Shown piece by piece: positions 14,270 to 64,000 of a stretch of DNA of 64,000 bases. The notes under the pieces were generated by a model, which did no database searches, was not told the origin of the DNA, and saw only the letters and a program-made list of their open reading frames with translations. The stretch covers positions 5,828,001-5,892,000 of the forward strand of contig CM035352.1 of the NCBI GenBank assembly GCA_020137815.1, read 5' to 3'. Both the position numbers and the translations under genes were made by a program. Position 1 is the stretch's first letter. Every line of letters starts with the position of its first letter. Origin of the DNA: Hormiphora californensis (lineage: Eukaryota > Animalia > Ctenophora).

Positions 14270-14343
14270 ACAGCCTGGTCTGGTGCCCATCGAAAGTGGG
14301 GGATATCAAGGTAATTGAAAATGTCCAGCGGTGCTTCACCAGA
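14270..14343 (+). mobile_element. Short CR1 LINE fragment
   Basis: Translates LVWCPSKVGDIKVIENVQRCFTR, similar to PLWSPQTVGDIQLLESVQRGFTAK in the LINE at the right edge. Confidence 0.65.
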
Positions 14344-14555
14344 TAATAATATAATAATATACATTTTATATAACGCCTCCTCGTGATCTTTTTAACCTCC
14401 AAATTTTAAGCCTATCTCATCAGGGCGCAGGGGTTGACCGTTGATCCGTCGCTGCACTTCTCAATTCCACCATGTGGAATCCACATGGATATCCGTCGAA
14501 TAAAACCTATTATTGTGCTTTATTCCATAATTACTTTGCCAGCCAGTAGCAAACC

Positions 14556-17500
14556 ATGTATAATGGTATCGGTCTATCGACTGTAAGAGGATCCGGTACA
14601 AATGGTTACGTCCAGAAAAACACAGCTCACATCTCAAACACTAGACAAAAGGTACTGATTTACTCCTTCACCATCTAGTAATGTGTATCCCTCTTCTTTG
14701 CAACCGCCTGTACATACCCTTGATACATAATGCACTATTTCTCAATTTGATACGCAACACTATTTCAGTACGACTACAACTATGATGATGACGACGAGAA
14801 GGGGATCACAATTCGGAAACCAAACAAAGCCATTCTGGAGCACGAGCAGAAGCGACTTGTTGAAGTGAAATGTGTTGAGCTCCAAGATGTCCTGGAGAAC
14901 CAAGGGTAAGATAAGAACTAAGATTTTTATATTCTAACCCCCCCCCCCCTTATGATGGGAGGACCTAGCGATGCAAGGGTAAGGTATATATAAGGGTATA
15001 ATGGGGGTTAAAACAATGGTAGTATGGGGGGGTTCCAACCTATTTTTTTGTATTTTTTTGTACTTTTTTGTACGGACCATACATAAAAGTATCCGAAATT
15101 CCTGTTTTTTTCCATACAAACAATACAAAAAAATACAAAAAAATACAAAAAAATATTGAAGGATGTGGGTGCACGTGCCTGATAAAAGTATAAATAATAC
15201 ATAGCTGGGTTCCGTTTATGTTCATGTACCACCTATCTCTATTATAATTTTTTTTAATTTTTTTTTTTTAATTTTTTGGAAAAACAATTAAAAATATATA
15301 CACAATGGTATTTACAATACCATTATCTATTATAATTTGGAGATGTCGCGTCGAAGTGGTCGTTCGTTCAGTGCGTTTCTACGCGACTGCTCCTTCATAA
15401 AACACTTTATAGGCCCAAAGCTGTAAAGCTGCCATTTACACTTTTGGAACTTCCATTGGAAGTTTATTAATATTTTCGAATGACTTTCAACAAGCCAGTC
15501 CCCATAGTTATCAATTCAGTTGCCATGGCAACGGTTTTATTGACGTTGAAAGTGAAAGAACCACCCGGCGAAGCCGGGTGGGTTATCAAAAAGCCCTTAC
15601 TTGAGGCGCACCCAATGGGTGCGCTAGTTACATATATAAATATAATGAACGTTTTTAGTTCCATTGTCATCCATTTTCCTGCTAAAAGTACTAAAAAAGT
15701 ATGTAAAAGTACACGTTTTTGAAATTCGAAAAAGCAAAATCATTGATTCAGATTACGATTACGAGAAAATTTTCTCAGTTGGAGATCACTTTCTCGGTAC
15801 TAATTTCGATTCGGGATAATTTTCTCGGTAAGAAATTGCGATTCGGGGAAATTTCTCGCTTAGAAAATACGATTCGAGAAATTTCTTCGGTAAGAAATTG
15901 CGATTCGGGGAAATTTCTCGCTTAGAAAATACGATTCGAGAAATTTTTCTCGGTAAGAAATTGCGATTCGAGGAAATTTCTCGCTTAGAAAATACGATTC
16001 GAGAAAATTTTCACGGTAAGAAATTGCGATTCGGGGAAATTTCTCGCTTAGAAAATACGATTCGAGAAAATTTTCTCGGTAAGAAATTGCGATTCGAGGA
16101 AATTTCTCTCGCTTAGAAAATACGATTCAAGAAAATTTTCTCGGTAAGAAATTGCGATTCGGGAAAATTTCTCGCTTAGAAAATACGATTCGAGAAAATA
16201 TTCTCGGTAAGAAATTGCGATTCAGGTAAATTTCTCGCTTAGAAAATACGATTCGAGAAAATTTTCTTGGTAAGAAATTGGGATTCGGGGAAATTTCTCG
16301 CTTAAAAAATACGCTTCGAGAAAATTTTCTCGGTAAGAAATTGCGATTCGGGAAAATTTCTCTCGTTTAGAAAATACGATTCGAGAAAATTTTCTCGTTA
16401 AGAAATTGCGATTCGGGGAAATTTGTCGCTTAGAAAATACGATTCGAGAAAAATTTTCTCGGTAAGAAAATGCGATTCGGGTAAATTTCTCGCTTAGAAA
16501 ATACGATCCGAGAAAATTTTCTCGGTAAGAAATTGCGATTCGGGAAAATTTCTCTCGCTTAGAAATTGCGATTTGATAATACTTTCTTGGATAGAAATTT
16601 CGATTTGGAAAGATTTTCTCTCTTAGAAATTCCGATTTTTCGTACAAACAGTACAAAAAAGTACAACAAATTATGGAGGTGGGTGCCTAGTAAAAGTTCA
16701 TGGACGGGTTCCTTTTGTGCTAATGTACCACCTAGGAACGTTTGTCGTGTATTTATTATCTTTCATTCGAAATTCGAAAAAGTAAACATCATTGATTCAG
16801 ATTTCGAAAATTTTGAATAGAATATTCGAAGATTTTGAATAGAATATTTCCTTGTGTTTTGATAAAGAACAATTAAAACATGATGAAAACATGTTTTTAT
16901 CTTCCAATTATAAGAAAAAGTTGCTAATTTTGTATGAAACCACAGTTTAATAGGAATTTATGACACAATTATGATCATAAACTAAAGTTTCAACGACCAG
17001 AAAAGCTTTGTTTAATCATTTATACCCCGTTTTATTTTTTTGTATTTTTTATACTTTTTTGTACTTTTTTGTATTTTTTTTGTATTTTTTTGTTTGAGGA
17101 ACAACTTGTTTTTTTCCGTACAAACATACAAAAAATAGGTTGGAACCCCCCCGGTAGTATTCAATGCTAAAGGTAAACCCAAACTATTATATGACCCTTG
17201 CTGCACAGGACCGGATTTTAGACGGCCATAGCTCCACCCCCTGATAAGGTAGAAACTTGAAATTTGTTTTGTGAGGAGATTATGTAGAGTTCTTTCTACA
17301 AAACAAATTTCGAGTTTCTATCTGATATCTCATCAGGGAGTGGAGCTATGCATGACGGTGGGAAATTTTACAAAACCCAAGTGAGGGTCTTCCCAAATAT
17401 TTGGGTTTTGCTTTAGTAGCTAGTCTTCCCAAATATTTAGTATCACACTCTCATTTCTTCAGATACACAGAGGAGGAGATAGAAGCTCAAGTTAGTGCAC

Positions 17501-17597
17501 TAAGGACTAGTCTTCTGAAGAGTACAGGCAAACTAACACAATCCAAGAAGCGGAAAGGGTAGGTTCTTGGTTGGCTTTTGTTACTGATACACTCCCT

Positions 17598-17681
<84 letters not shown>

Positions 17682-20600
17682 TCTACCCCCCAATTCCCTC
17701 ACAGAGAGACCCACTACCTGGCTGAAGCACAACACGCTAAGAACGAGAAGATGAGAATGGCGTTTGGTATAGCCCGCGAGGAGGGAGAAATAAAGGGAAG
17801 TGATGATGAGGAGAAGAGAGTTGATCCTGAAGATAAAATGTTAGTTGAAACATGGCATCCCGAGTTATGCAAATAAGTAATTAGCAATATAATTCTGTTC
17901 GCCGCTCTCTAGATTACTCCTAACTGTGTTTTCCAGAGAGGAGGATGATGACGACAAGGATGATGAAGAAGATGAGGAGGAAGAGGAGGAAGTAGAAGAA
18001 GAAGAGAAACAAGCTGAAGAAGTGGTAGAGAAGAAAAAGAAGAAGGGCGATCGGTCAAAATGGGAAGAGGGTGATGAAGAGGATAGATATAACGAGAAGA
18101 GGAAGAAGCGACGTGATTCCAGATCAGGCAGCAGACAAAGACGGAGACGTTCTGAAAGTAGAGAAGATAGACGAAGACAACGATCAAGGTAAAAACTTTA
18201 TGTTGTACCCTTCTATTTTGTATGTATTGTTTTAGAGAATTATCTCGTTAAGGGCTTATCGTCCCCATTATAGGGCCCCCCATAGAGTTGACCTCATGTG
18301 ATTGATACCCATCCTTCTCAGAAGCCCCGACCGAGGTAGGAGGCGAGATTCAAGAGACCGCCGTGACTCAAAAGAAAGACGCAACTCCAGAGAGAGAAGG
18401 GAGGAGAGAAGGGAGGAGAGGACCCCGTGGCTCTCCCCCTCGAGCCAGGAGACGAGACGATTCCAGAGAGCGTCGTCCTAGAGACCCTTCCAGAGAACAA
18501 AGAAAGATGGATCGCAGGAACTCTAGAGAGAGGTCACGGCGGGATGCGTCTCCTCCTGTCCGTGAGAGAAGAAGAGATGACTCGGAAGAGAGAAAAAGAG
18601 AGATTCCAGTAGAAAAACGAAGAGAGGAGTCTCCGAGAGAGCGACAGAGAGAAGATTCTGGGATTGATAGGAGGGAAGAGCGGAAGGGGAGGAGAAAAGA
18701 CAGTCCCGAAAAATCTCCCCCTCGCTCTCGGAAGCAGTCGAGCAAGTCGGAGGAGAGGAAAAAGAAGAAGGAATCTCGAAGGTATGAAAATTGAACCCAA
18801 ATTGAAGACAGCTAAAGGTTTCGAATTTGTACACCATTATTTCTTGTTAATTGTATTTGGTGCCGTCTGGCTGTTTTATACAGATCCCTAATAATGCTTG
18901 TTTTCCAGATCTGCCTCTGCGAGTCCAAGTCCAGTTAAAAAGTAAGCTACTACACAAAGAGGGAGTTCATTATATTTTGTAAAACTAACCCCCTCTCAGC
19001 TACACTCTTTGTTCATTGGTGTTGACGCGACTAGAGTGGTTTACAGCATTAGTTTAGGACACATGAGTGATCAAGGTGAGACAGAGACATTTGGCGTTTT
19101 AAATAAAGTAATGGTAATGGTAGTCTAATTGCAGCTAGCTATGTTTGAATTAACTTTCGTCGATTTCTCCATTTCATTTGTATTCCCTCTCCCTCCCAAC
19201 CCCTCTAACACAACCTTATTTTCAGAGATAAGAAAGAGAAGACTCGCGATCGCAGGTACGAGTTAACTAGAGGAACTTCTCCTAGTTCTCTCCTCTCAGA
19301 AGAGAGAACAAGAAGAGCGATATTTTGTTTCAAATGTTATTTCGGCCTATTCTAACACTTGCTTTTGTTTCAGGTGTTCAGACCACGATAACGAGTAAGT
19401 TCCGACAAAATGAAGACTGAAGAGAGAAAGCAAATACCGTTCTACACACATAGTTTACTAACGATTATCCTCTTGACAGATCAGAAAATGAAAAGGAGAA
19501 GAAGAGTAAGAAAAAGTCCCGTAAAGAAGAGAGGGGAGAAAGGAAGGAAGACGTGAGGGAAGGTAAGAGGAGAGATAGAAACGAAGAAAGGGAAGACGTG
19601 AGGGAAGATAAGAGGAGAGATAGAAACGAAGAAAGGGAAGACGTGAGGGAAGATAAGAGGAGAGATAGGAACGAAGAAAGGGAAGACGTGAGGGAAGATA
19701 AGAGGAGAGATAGGAACGAAGACGAAAGAAGGGAAGAAAGGAGTATGGAGAGGACTTCTAGGAGGGAAGGGAGGGAGAAAAAGAAAGATAGGAGGGATGA
19801 CAGAAGGGACCGTGATAAACAGGGAGAAGATAAGGATGATTCTCCCTCAGAGGAGCGAGTTGTAGAGGTACTGTTAATTAATGCTGTCCCTAATTAATGC
19901 TGTCCCCTAAATAACATTGTCCCCTAAATAACATTGTCCCCTAATTTCCACTGTCCCATAATTTCCACTGTCCCCTAATTAGCACTGTCCCATAATTAGC
20001 ACTGTCCCCTAATTAACACTGTCCCCTAATTAGCACTGTCCCCTAATTACCACTGTCTCATAACTTTCCCCAATTTTAGAAAGAGAGAAGGAAGAAGAAG
20101 AGGAGTGGGGATAACGACAAGAGAAAGAGAAGACGTGATTCAGAAAGTGAAGAAGATGAGGAGACAAAAATTGAGGAGAAATCTCCCGAAGAGTAAGTCC
20201 CAAGACTCAAATAATGAGTTAAGTCAGACCCTAATTTTCCGGAACCCCGATTACCCGGGCAAAATCCGTTCCCTCGAGAATCCCGGTAAATCGGGGTCCA
20301 ACTGTACACAATTCAATGTGGGGGATCAGACTTATTTTCACATTCTAACCCACTCTACTCAGGCCACGACGTAAACGGAGACGAAGTGAGGGAGATTCTG
20401 GTAAAAGGCGGAAAAAGACTCCCCCTGCCCGATCTCCTAGCTCATCTCCAGAACCCCCCAAGAAAACCAAGAAGGACAGGAAGAAGAAAAGAACGAAACG
20501 AAAGAGTCCAACTCCACCTCCTTCTCCCCCAGAATCATCAGCATCTTCCTCATCTTCTTCATCTTCTTCATCTTCTTCCAGCTCTAGCGATGAAGAGCCC

Positions 20601-20687
20601 CGCAAAAAGAAGGAATCTGTGAAGAAAGATAGTTCGTCAAGTGGCAGTTCAGAGGACAGTAGTAGCTCTTCTTCTGACAGTGATTGA
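14556..20687 (+). CDS. SRRM2: Serine/arginine repetitive matrix protein 2 / CWC21 splicing factor
   Basis: Exon 14556-14651 MYNGIGLSTVRGSGTNGYVQKN; exon 14769-14905 ILEHEQKRLVEVKC; exon 17463-17558 YTEEEIEAQVSALR (cwf21 domain); then ETHYLAEAQ..MRMAFGI and RS/RE-rich exons to TGA at 20685-20687. Confidence 0.93.
15026..17152. mobile_element. Non-autonomous TIR element with poly-G/poly-C ends and internal satellite
   Basis: 8-bp TSD GGTAGTAT (15018-15025, 17153-17160); TIR GGGGGGGTTCCAACCTATTTTT. Confidence 0.9.
15805..16620. repeat. ~63-bp tandem repeat (about 13 units) inside the TIR element
   Basis: CGGTAAGAAATTGCG recurs at 15826, 15888, 15951, 16014, 16077 and onward; units contain the palindrome CGAGAAAATTTTCTCG. 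Confidence 0.95.
17222..17358. mobile_element. Small palindromic MITE
   Basis: CATAGCTCCAC..CTGAT and GTAGAAACT.GAAATTTGTTTTGT recur in inverted orientation. Confidence 0.6.
19537..19725 (+). repeat. 45-bp in-frame coding repeat (EREDVREDKRRDRNE, about 4 copies) in SRRM2
   Basis: Visible in ORF 19553-19897 and in the DNA. Confidence 0.9.
19878..20070. repeat. 20-bp minisatellite filling an SRRM2 intron
   Basis: CACTGTCCCCTAATTA-like unit repeated about 9-10 times between donor and acceptor. Confidence 0.88.
20222..20326. mobile_element. Short mariner-type MITE remnant
   Basis: AGTCAGACCC...AAATCGGGGTCCAACTG-TA; related to the ends of 34370-35237. Confidence 0.7.
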
Positions 20688-21097
20688 GAATAATTCTGTT
20701 TTAAATAGTAAAGTTTTATCTTTTAATATCCCCAGTAGATGACTCCTTATTACTTTGAGAAATCCAAATCTACGAAGATCCAAAGCCGACCACTTAATGG
20801 GTAGACCTATCGCTAGTTTTCGGGTAATTCTTGTGTGAAGAACAAGTATCGTGTTGCGCGATCGCGCGTAATGTCGGCCACAGCTGTCTAGCGTGGGAAA
20901 AAGGTGAATTTTGGATTTCCAGGAATTACCCAAAAATGGTGCACCATTTTTTGGGTTTCCTGGTAATGCCACCTAAATGCCAATGTTGTCATGAAAACTG
21001 CACGTGCACAAATTCGACACGTCTGTTAATGGATACGTATTCGTACAGTCTCCGACAAAGGGTCTACAGGGAATCTGCCTCATATCGGAAGCGCCGC

Positions 21098-21858
21098 ATG
21101 GTGAAATACTTCCAGTTTCCACCTCGGCCCATGACCCAGAACAAGCCTGTTGAAGATGACGATCAGACGGATTTGTTCATGTTCAGAACCAACACAAGAC
21201 TCTCATTTAGACCCTTTCTAACCACTCCTCACAGTCGCTACGAACGGGAAATTAACTGTGAGTTTTAGCTGATGCAGTGGTGCTCCGCCATATTGGCCGC
21301 CCGCCCAAAGCGCAGTCCACGACGTCAAAGAAATGTATTTTGTTTGACGTCGTGGACAAAGCTTTAAGCTTGGCCACATTGATGCCTGAGTGAGATCGAG
21401 GTCGCGCAGCGGAGCGAGAATAGGTTGCAATGAAGCCAATCTTCAAGCGACGCTGTGCGGGCGGCCAATATGACGGAGCACCACTGTCATTACTGTCAAG
21501 TGTGGTGGGAATGAGATTCATCCATTCATTCTTGGATACAACTTTTATTACAAGGGGCTAATTAGACTGTCAAAAATTCATAATGCTTTTCTACTTTTGG
21601 ATATGACGAAGCTGTCAGAATACCACTTTTGACAGCATATTTAGCAACACAGACAGTTCACATAATATTCCCACAGACAATTATGATGCCAAAAAGGGGA
21701 GCGGTGGACGAGGACCCCCACCAACGACAGTGTGCGTGCCCGCAGTAACACAAAGTCCAGTGGTTCAGAACTATAAGGAGTTCAGACCTGGCGCCTACCT
21801 CAGCCGAGGGTCCGTGGTTAAATCTGCCAAGTATATAACACTTCCATACGGCATGTAA
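21098..21858 (+). CDS. Small two-exon hypothetical protein (~113 aa)
   Basis: Exons 21098-21257 and 21677-21858 join in phase 1 (GTGAGT...CCACAG), giving MVKYFQFPPRPM...REINYNYDAKKG...YITLPYGM*. An upstream acceptor lies near 21048. Confidence 0.6.
21275..21486. mobile_element. CAGTGG-ended MITE
   Basis: TIR CAGTGGTGCTCCG.CATATTGGCCGCCCGC; related copies near 22975-23075 and 46161-46320. Confidence 0.8.
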
Positions 21859-21892
21859 CAAATTGAATATATTTACATTTTCAACATATCTT

Positions 21893-23688
21893 TCAAACAC
21901 TATGTGTCTGTTCATCTTCTATCAATAACTCATCTTCATCTTCATCTTCTATCAATAAATCATCAAAAGATTTCAGTTTCTCGCTTGATCTGGCAAACTC
22001 CACATTTTTCTGTTCCCTCCAATTGCACCACATAGGCGCACTAGGCCGGTGTGCTACAACCTTGCTATATATTGAGTTGTTGTCGACATCCGCCAGGGTA
22101 GACAGTTTCTCTATTGTGCCCTCCTTGATCATCGCATCAACAGAGAAAAACCTGAGAAGGAGGGGTGTCATATTGGGGCAATGTGAAGACTTTAAAGCGC
22201 ATCTGATAGCATCTGATAGCAGGCGTTTGTAGTTATGAACGCCTGCTGCCCATGCCGCACGTGCCAATGTGCCGCGCACAGCAGGCGTTCATAACTACAA
22301 ACGCCTGCTATTCCTCGTCGAATTCCACGTCGAAGTTCACGTCGAGATATGGCAATTATGTCGGATGACCACTGTGAATGAGTCAATTGAGGCAGATTCA
22401 CAGAATTTTATAGCATTAGGACAGAGGACTACTAATAGAATGTGTATATATGACAGTCATATGATGTTGGAAAAAGGAACTAATTGATCTAAAAGCAATT
22501 CCACTTCCAGGGCACCAAAAAAATTTGCCGCAGGTTCTGTCATGGAGAAATCAGTCATTTCCGGGTTTATTTTTCACCTGCATATGCATGGAAACTGTCT
22601 AAAACTATACTTATCAACAGATAGCACCCGTGTCTGTGAACAATAAAATGACAACATGACTCACGTTGCTTTCCATATTTTCTCATTCCCTCGTTCCGTC
22701 TTGATGGATAGAGCGTGGGGGAGATCTCTTGATCCCATTGTTGAGATACCCCTGATAACTCCCATGTCCTTCCATATCACCTCACAGTACTTCCTTAGCA
22801 AGGATTTATAACTCCCCTGTGGAAAATAAAATGTTATAGGGAATCCTCCGGTTCTTGCTATATTGAGTCACAAGTATTCGACCGACCATGGTCCCGGCCA
22901 ACTTATAGATAGCTTGCTATAGATAGTTTGATGAAGCCACACAAACATGGTTAACTCATGTCACGGGTCTCTATCAGTCAGGTGCTCCATCATATTGGCC
23001 ACCCACATAAGCGTTTAGTCTTGGACGTCGTGGACCGCGTCGTGTGCAGCCAATAAGATGGAGCCCCATCTCTGATTCTCTCTGCCTGTCCCTCTGTATA
23101 TATCTTGTATCTCTTTTACCATTAAATGGTTTTGTAATTATCTAGGTGGCAGCTGTCACAAAACCTCTCAGAATCTCTTTCAATTGGGGCCCCCTTAATT
23201 GCAATTTGCTCGTTCAACCACATAATCGATCATGTAGTTAAAAGATATACTCTGACAACCAACCAACCATGGGTTGTTGAGTAACAGTGCTGCTTGCAGT
23301 CAAAATACGGTATCGCGAAATACAGTAATGAGACACACACGTTGCATAACACGCGGCAAAAAGTTCATGTGTCAGCACGTACTAGCGTACTGATTGGCCA
23401 CGGTTGCGCGTCGTCTTACTGTATCTTCGTTTTCCATTACCGTTTTCCCACTACAAGCGACCGTGTAAGGGGTGGGAGAGGGTTGAGTAAGGGGTTGGAG
23501 AGGGTTGAGTGAACAGCGCCATCCTCCCCCTTTCTCAAAGTCAACAAACCATGAGAGAATATATACATGCTACACCATGTCTTACTTTTCCAATAGCTGT
23601 CACTTGAACAGTTATAGAAATGGAATTCTATAGTAAAACTCACCTTCTGGAGAATCCTGGTGGCAACAATAACCTCGTACCGTGGCAT
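21893..23688 (-). CDS. MRPS6: Mitochondrial ribosomal protein S6 (bS6m)
   Basis: Exons 23644-23688, 22665-22816 and 21893-22151 splice in phase to MPRYEVIVATRILQK|GSYKSLLRKYCEVIWKDMGVIRGISTMGSRDLPH...KAT|FFSVDAMIKEGTIEKL..., matching the MPRYE..G.R.LP..F.VD pattern; acidic tail. Confidence 0.85.
22217..22310. mobile_element. 94-bp MITE with TAG termini
   Basis: 32-bp perfect TIR TAGCAGGCGTTTGTAGTTATGAACGCCTGCTG; each TIR is itself a hairpin. Confidence 0.75.
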
Positions 23689-24077
23689 GCTAAATATGGA
23701 AGAGGAATTAATTGAGGAAAAAGGAACTTGACAGTTGAGTTGTTGATACTTTCTTTTTTTTATTCCGGAACACGGAAACAGTGTCAAGCGACTCAACTTG
23801 ACAGCGCCCTCCCACGCACATGCGGGACATTAAAAGGGTGAATCAAAGAATGTGACTATATTAGCTGAGGGTGTCGGGAAAATAATAAGTTAGTTAAAAC
23901 CAAGCAATAAAACAATAAGTTAATACTTGGACTCCAAGGAGTCCCTCTCAGTCCATGATTCTCTCTCTCACACACTGACATATTAAAACGTAACAAAACT
24001 AAAACAAACCCCTTCCTAAATTGTCCTAAAAACTATTCGGTTGATATTACTTTTGATCCGTATCATGTAACTGCCTG

Positions 24078-61446
<37,369 letters not shown>

Positions 61447-61479
61447 CTGGAGGAGAGAGGGAGAGAGACAGAGAGAGAT

Positions 61480-64000
61480 ACTTACTTTTGATACTTTTGA
61501 GTTGTTCGTCATGATACGTCAGGTCATCCCAGGAACTCGGACCACCGTTTATTGAAACTGGCTCCAACACACCAGTCAGACAAAGAGTTTCTGTTTGGTG
61601 CTTGATATCCAGGTGTAGGGGGACGGTCTGGGATATCACGGAGAAGGAGGTCCAGCTTACATTTAAATAAATCAGGGGTCCTCGATCTCCCTCAGATCAT
61701 CCGGGAGACAGTTCCACAGTCTAGGACCAATGGAACCGAAGGAAGAGCTATACAGTGTGCCAGTTCTTTTGCTCTTCACCCGTGACAGGTCAGGTATCTC
61801 TGCTTTGACACCGTGGCGGGAGGTACGGTTGAAGCTAATATCGGTTTCATTCGGTATCAGCCCACGGTATGTCTTGTGCATGATTAGCACTGCATACCTA
61901 TCCCGTCGTCTTTGCAGAGACATCAAGTCGAGGGCTTTTAGGCGTTGCCAGTAGTCAAGGTCCTTCATGCCGGAGATCTTCGCTGTGAAGCCCCGCTGAA
62001 CAGACTCGAGCAGTTGGATATCACCTACAGTTTGCGGGCTCCACAATGGAGAGCAGTACTCCATCAAGCTTCTGACCAGGGTTTTATAAACAGCGATCAT
62101 CAGCTCAGGGTCCCGACTGGAGAACACCCCGAACACCCACTGTGCCATGCATCTTCCTCGCTTGGCCAGATTGACAAGGTGTGGTCTCCAGGATAAGTCA
62201 CTGGAAACTTTAATTCCCAGATCCCTTACATGATCCGAAGGTGAGATTTGTGCACCGCCACTGGTGGTGTACTCAATGCCCGCCATAGGAAAGAGATTCA
62301 TCTGGGAGTTTGGGTTGTGTCTGTGGGTCAGAAGGACATATTTGTCTTCGTTTAGGACCATATTGTTCGTCCTTGACCATAGCATCACTCGATCCAGATC
62401 CTGCTGCAGCTTTACCATGTCAGTCTCAGCAGATATCTCCATCGCCGCTCTCGAGTCGTCAGCGAAGAAGCTGAGTAAGGCATCTTTCACTACTCCCTCA
62501 AGATCATTGATGAAGATTAAGAAGAGGAGCGGTGCTAACACACTTCCCTGGGGTACACCGCTTATTATGGTAGCGATCTCAGATTGTGAGCCGTCAAGCA
62601 CCACTTTCTGTTTCCTATCGGTCAGGAAAGATTCCATCCATTCAACAATCTGAGAGTGGACTCCATACCGCCTCAGTTTAACGAGCAGTAGACCAATGTC
62701 CACGCGGTCAAAAGCTCGACTATAGTCGAGGTACACAGTGTCTACATCTTTTTCACCGCATAAGGCTTTCATAACCCAGTCTATGTGGCCAAGAAGCTGG
62801 GTCAAACACGATCGTCCTTTGCGGAAGCCATGCTGTTTTTTTGAAAAAAGGCCATTTTTTTCAAAATGTTCAACCATATGGGCCCTGACGATCCGCTCGA
62901 ACAGTTTTATTACATGGCTCGTCAGTGTGACAGGTCTGTAATTTTTTGTGCTCGACTTGTCCCCCTTTTTGTAGAGGGGTACAATGTGACCCATTTTGTA
63001 GTATTCTGGGACTTTCCTTAGTCGAAGTGAGTCACGCCACATGAGTCCCAGAGGTTTCACCAGTACCTCTGCACACTCTTTAAGGATCCGGGAGGGGATT
63101 CCATCCGGTCCGGGCGAGGAAGATACTTCCAGGTCCTTACACACTTTAATGATGTCATCATCGTGTAGTTCAATACCCTCGTCCAACCATGAAAGTTCAG
63201 GCTTATCGAAGGTTGGCTCCTCGGTCTCAGGGTTGTTCGGGTCACTGAAAACCCTACAGAATTCACTTTGAAAAGCGTCTGCGATCTCTTTGGGATCAGT
63301 TGCCATCGAACCATCCTCCTTAGTGATTAGAGGAATGGTCGACTTTCCCTTTGCAAAAGATTTTGCAAAAGAGTAGAAGTACCGCGGGTCCGACTTCATC
63401 TTCAGTACTGCCCGTCGCTCACGGTCATCTTTCCTAGCTAGTACCAGGTCTTTGATCTCTAGGCAGACCTGAGAGAGATGCTCCTCTACTTCTTCTGCTG
63501 CTGCTACTTGGTCCTTACTTTTCAGGGCCTCTATACGTGCTCGGAGTTTGGTTTTCATTCTCCGTAGCTTCTTGTAGCAGTTCGGTTTCCCTTTAGGAGC
63601 TTTAACTTCCGGGAAAACCTCCTGGCAAGCAGAAAGAACTTCATGGGTAAACGCAGCTGGAAAGCTCTGGAAATCACTCTCGCTGTGTAGCTTTTCCCAG
63701 TTGGACTCAGCTAGTCTTTCTCGCAGAAGATCGTAGTCCCCATTGTGCCAGTCTAGAGCTCTGAATCCTTCCAATTTAGCTCGGTGTCTCTGTTGTGGGC
63801 GGGTTGGGTGGAAAGTAAGACCCACTTGTACTAGTTCATGGTCCGACATCTCTGTGCTTACTACCTGAACTTTGCCCACCAGAGATACCTTGTTCACAAA
63901 GAACAAGTCCAGGATGTTTTGGCCTCTAGTTGGAGAGTCAACAACCTGTTGCAGAAAATACTTCTCCGATAACTCAAGGAGATGTCGAGCTGACCGGGTG
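61480..64000 (-). mobile_element. CR1-clade LINE in an MDN1 intron; ORF2 61672-63906 continues past the right edge
   Basis: Endonuclease end SDH; YRPVTLTS, YLDYSRAFD, GVPQGSVL and FADD motifs. A +1 shift in a C run near 61675 hides the tail FKCKLDLLLRDIPDRP..NSL; short AAGTA-type 3' repeats. Confidence 0.94.

Noticed and set aside
22269-22487. Plus-strand LFLVEFH as an MRPS6 exon
   Set aside because: Wrong strand; the in-phase minus-strand exon 21893-22151 completes the protein.

Overview
Compact, intron-rich animal genomic DNA. It is probably a ctenophore such as Pleurobrachia; this is an inference from a 109-bp MITE I recall from Pleurobrachia gene models and from the nested-gene architecture. 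Genes from left to right: WDR81 (-, 5' part), an unidentified spliced gene (-), an intronless galactokinase with two +1 indels (-), SRRM2/CWC21 (+), a ~113-aa orphan (+), MRPS6 (-) and the 3' part of midasin MDN1 (-, 24078 to beyond the right edge). MDN1 introns host two opposite-strand genes: a class A GPCR and a GPI-anchored Ly6/three-finger gene. Introns hold three LINEs, many non-autonomous TIR/foldback elements with readable target-site duplications (TSDs) and several minisatellites. The most unusual observations: (1) an 835-bp TIR element carrying two tandem tRNA-like Pol III units; (2) the Ly6 gene enclosed by the two ends of a mariner-type MITE; (3) a TTAA MITE inside the first GPCR coding exon that could splice out in frame (introner-like); (4) one palindromic core shared by three elements with different ends; (5) a minisatellite built from an MDN1 splice donor; (6) asymmetric hairpin insertions with 12-bp direct repeats; (7) splice acceptors just before most start codons in tight same-strand clusters (candidate trans-spliced operons). 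Exons and coordinates were read by eye and no database search was run.
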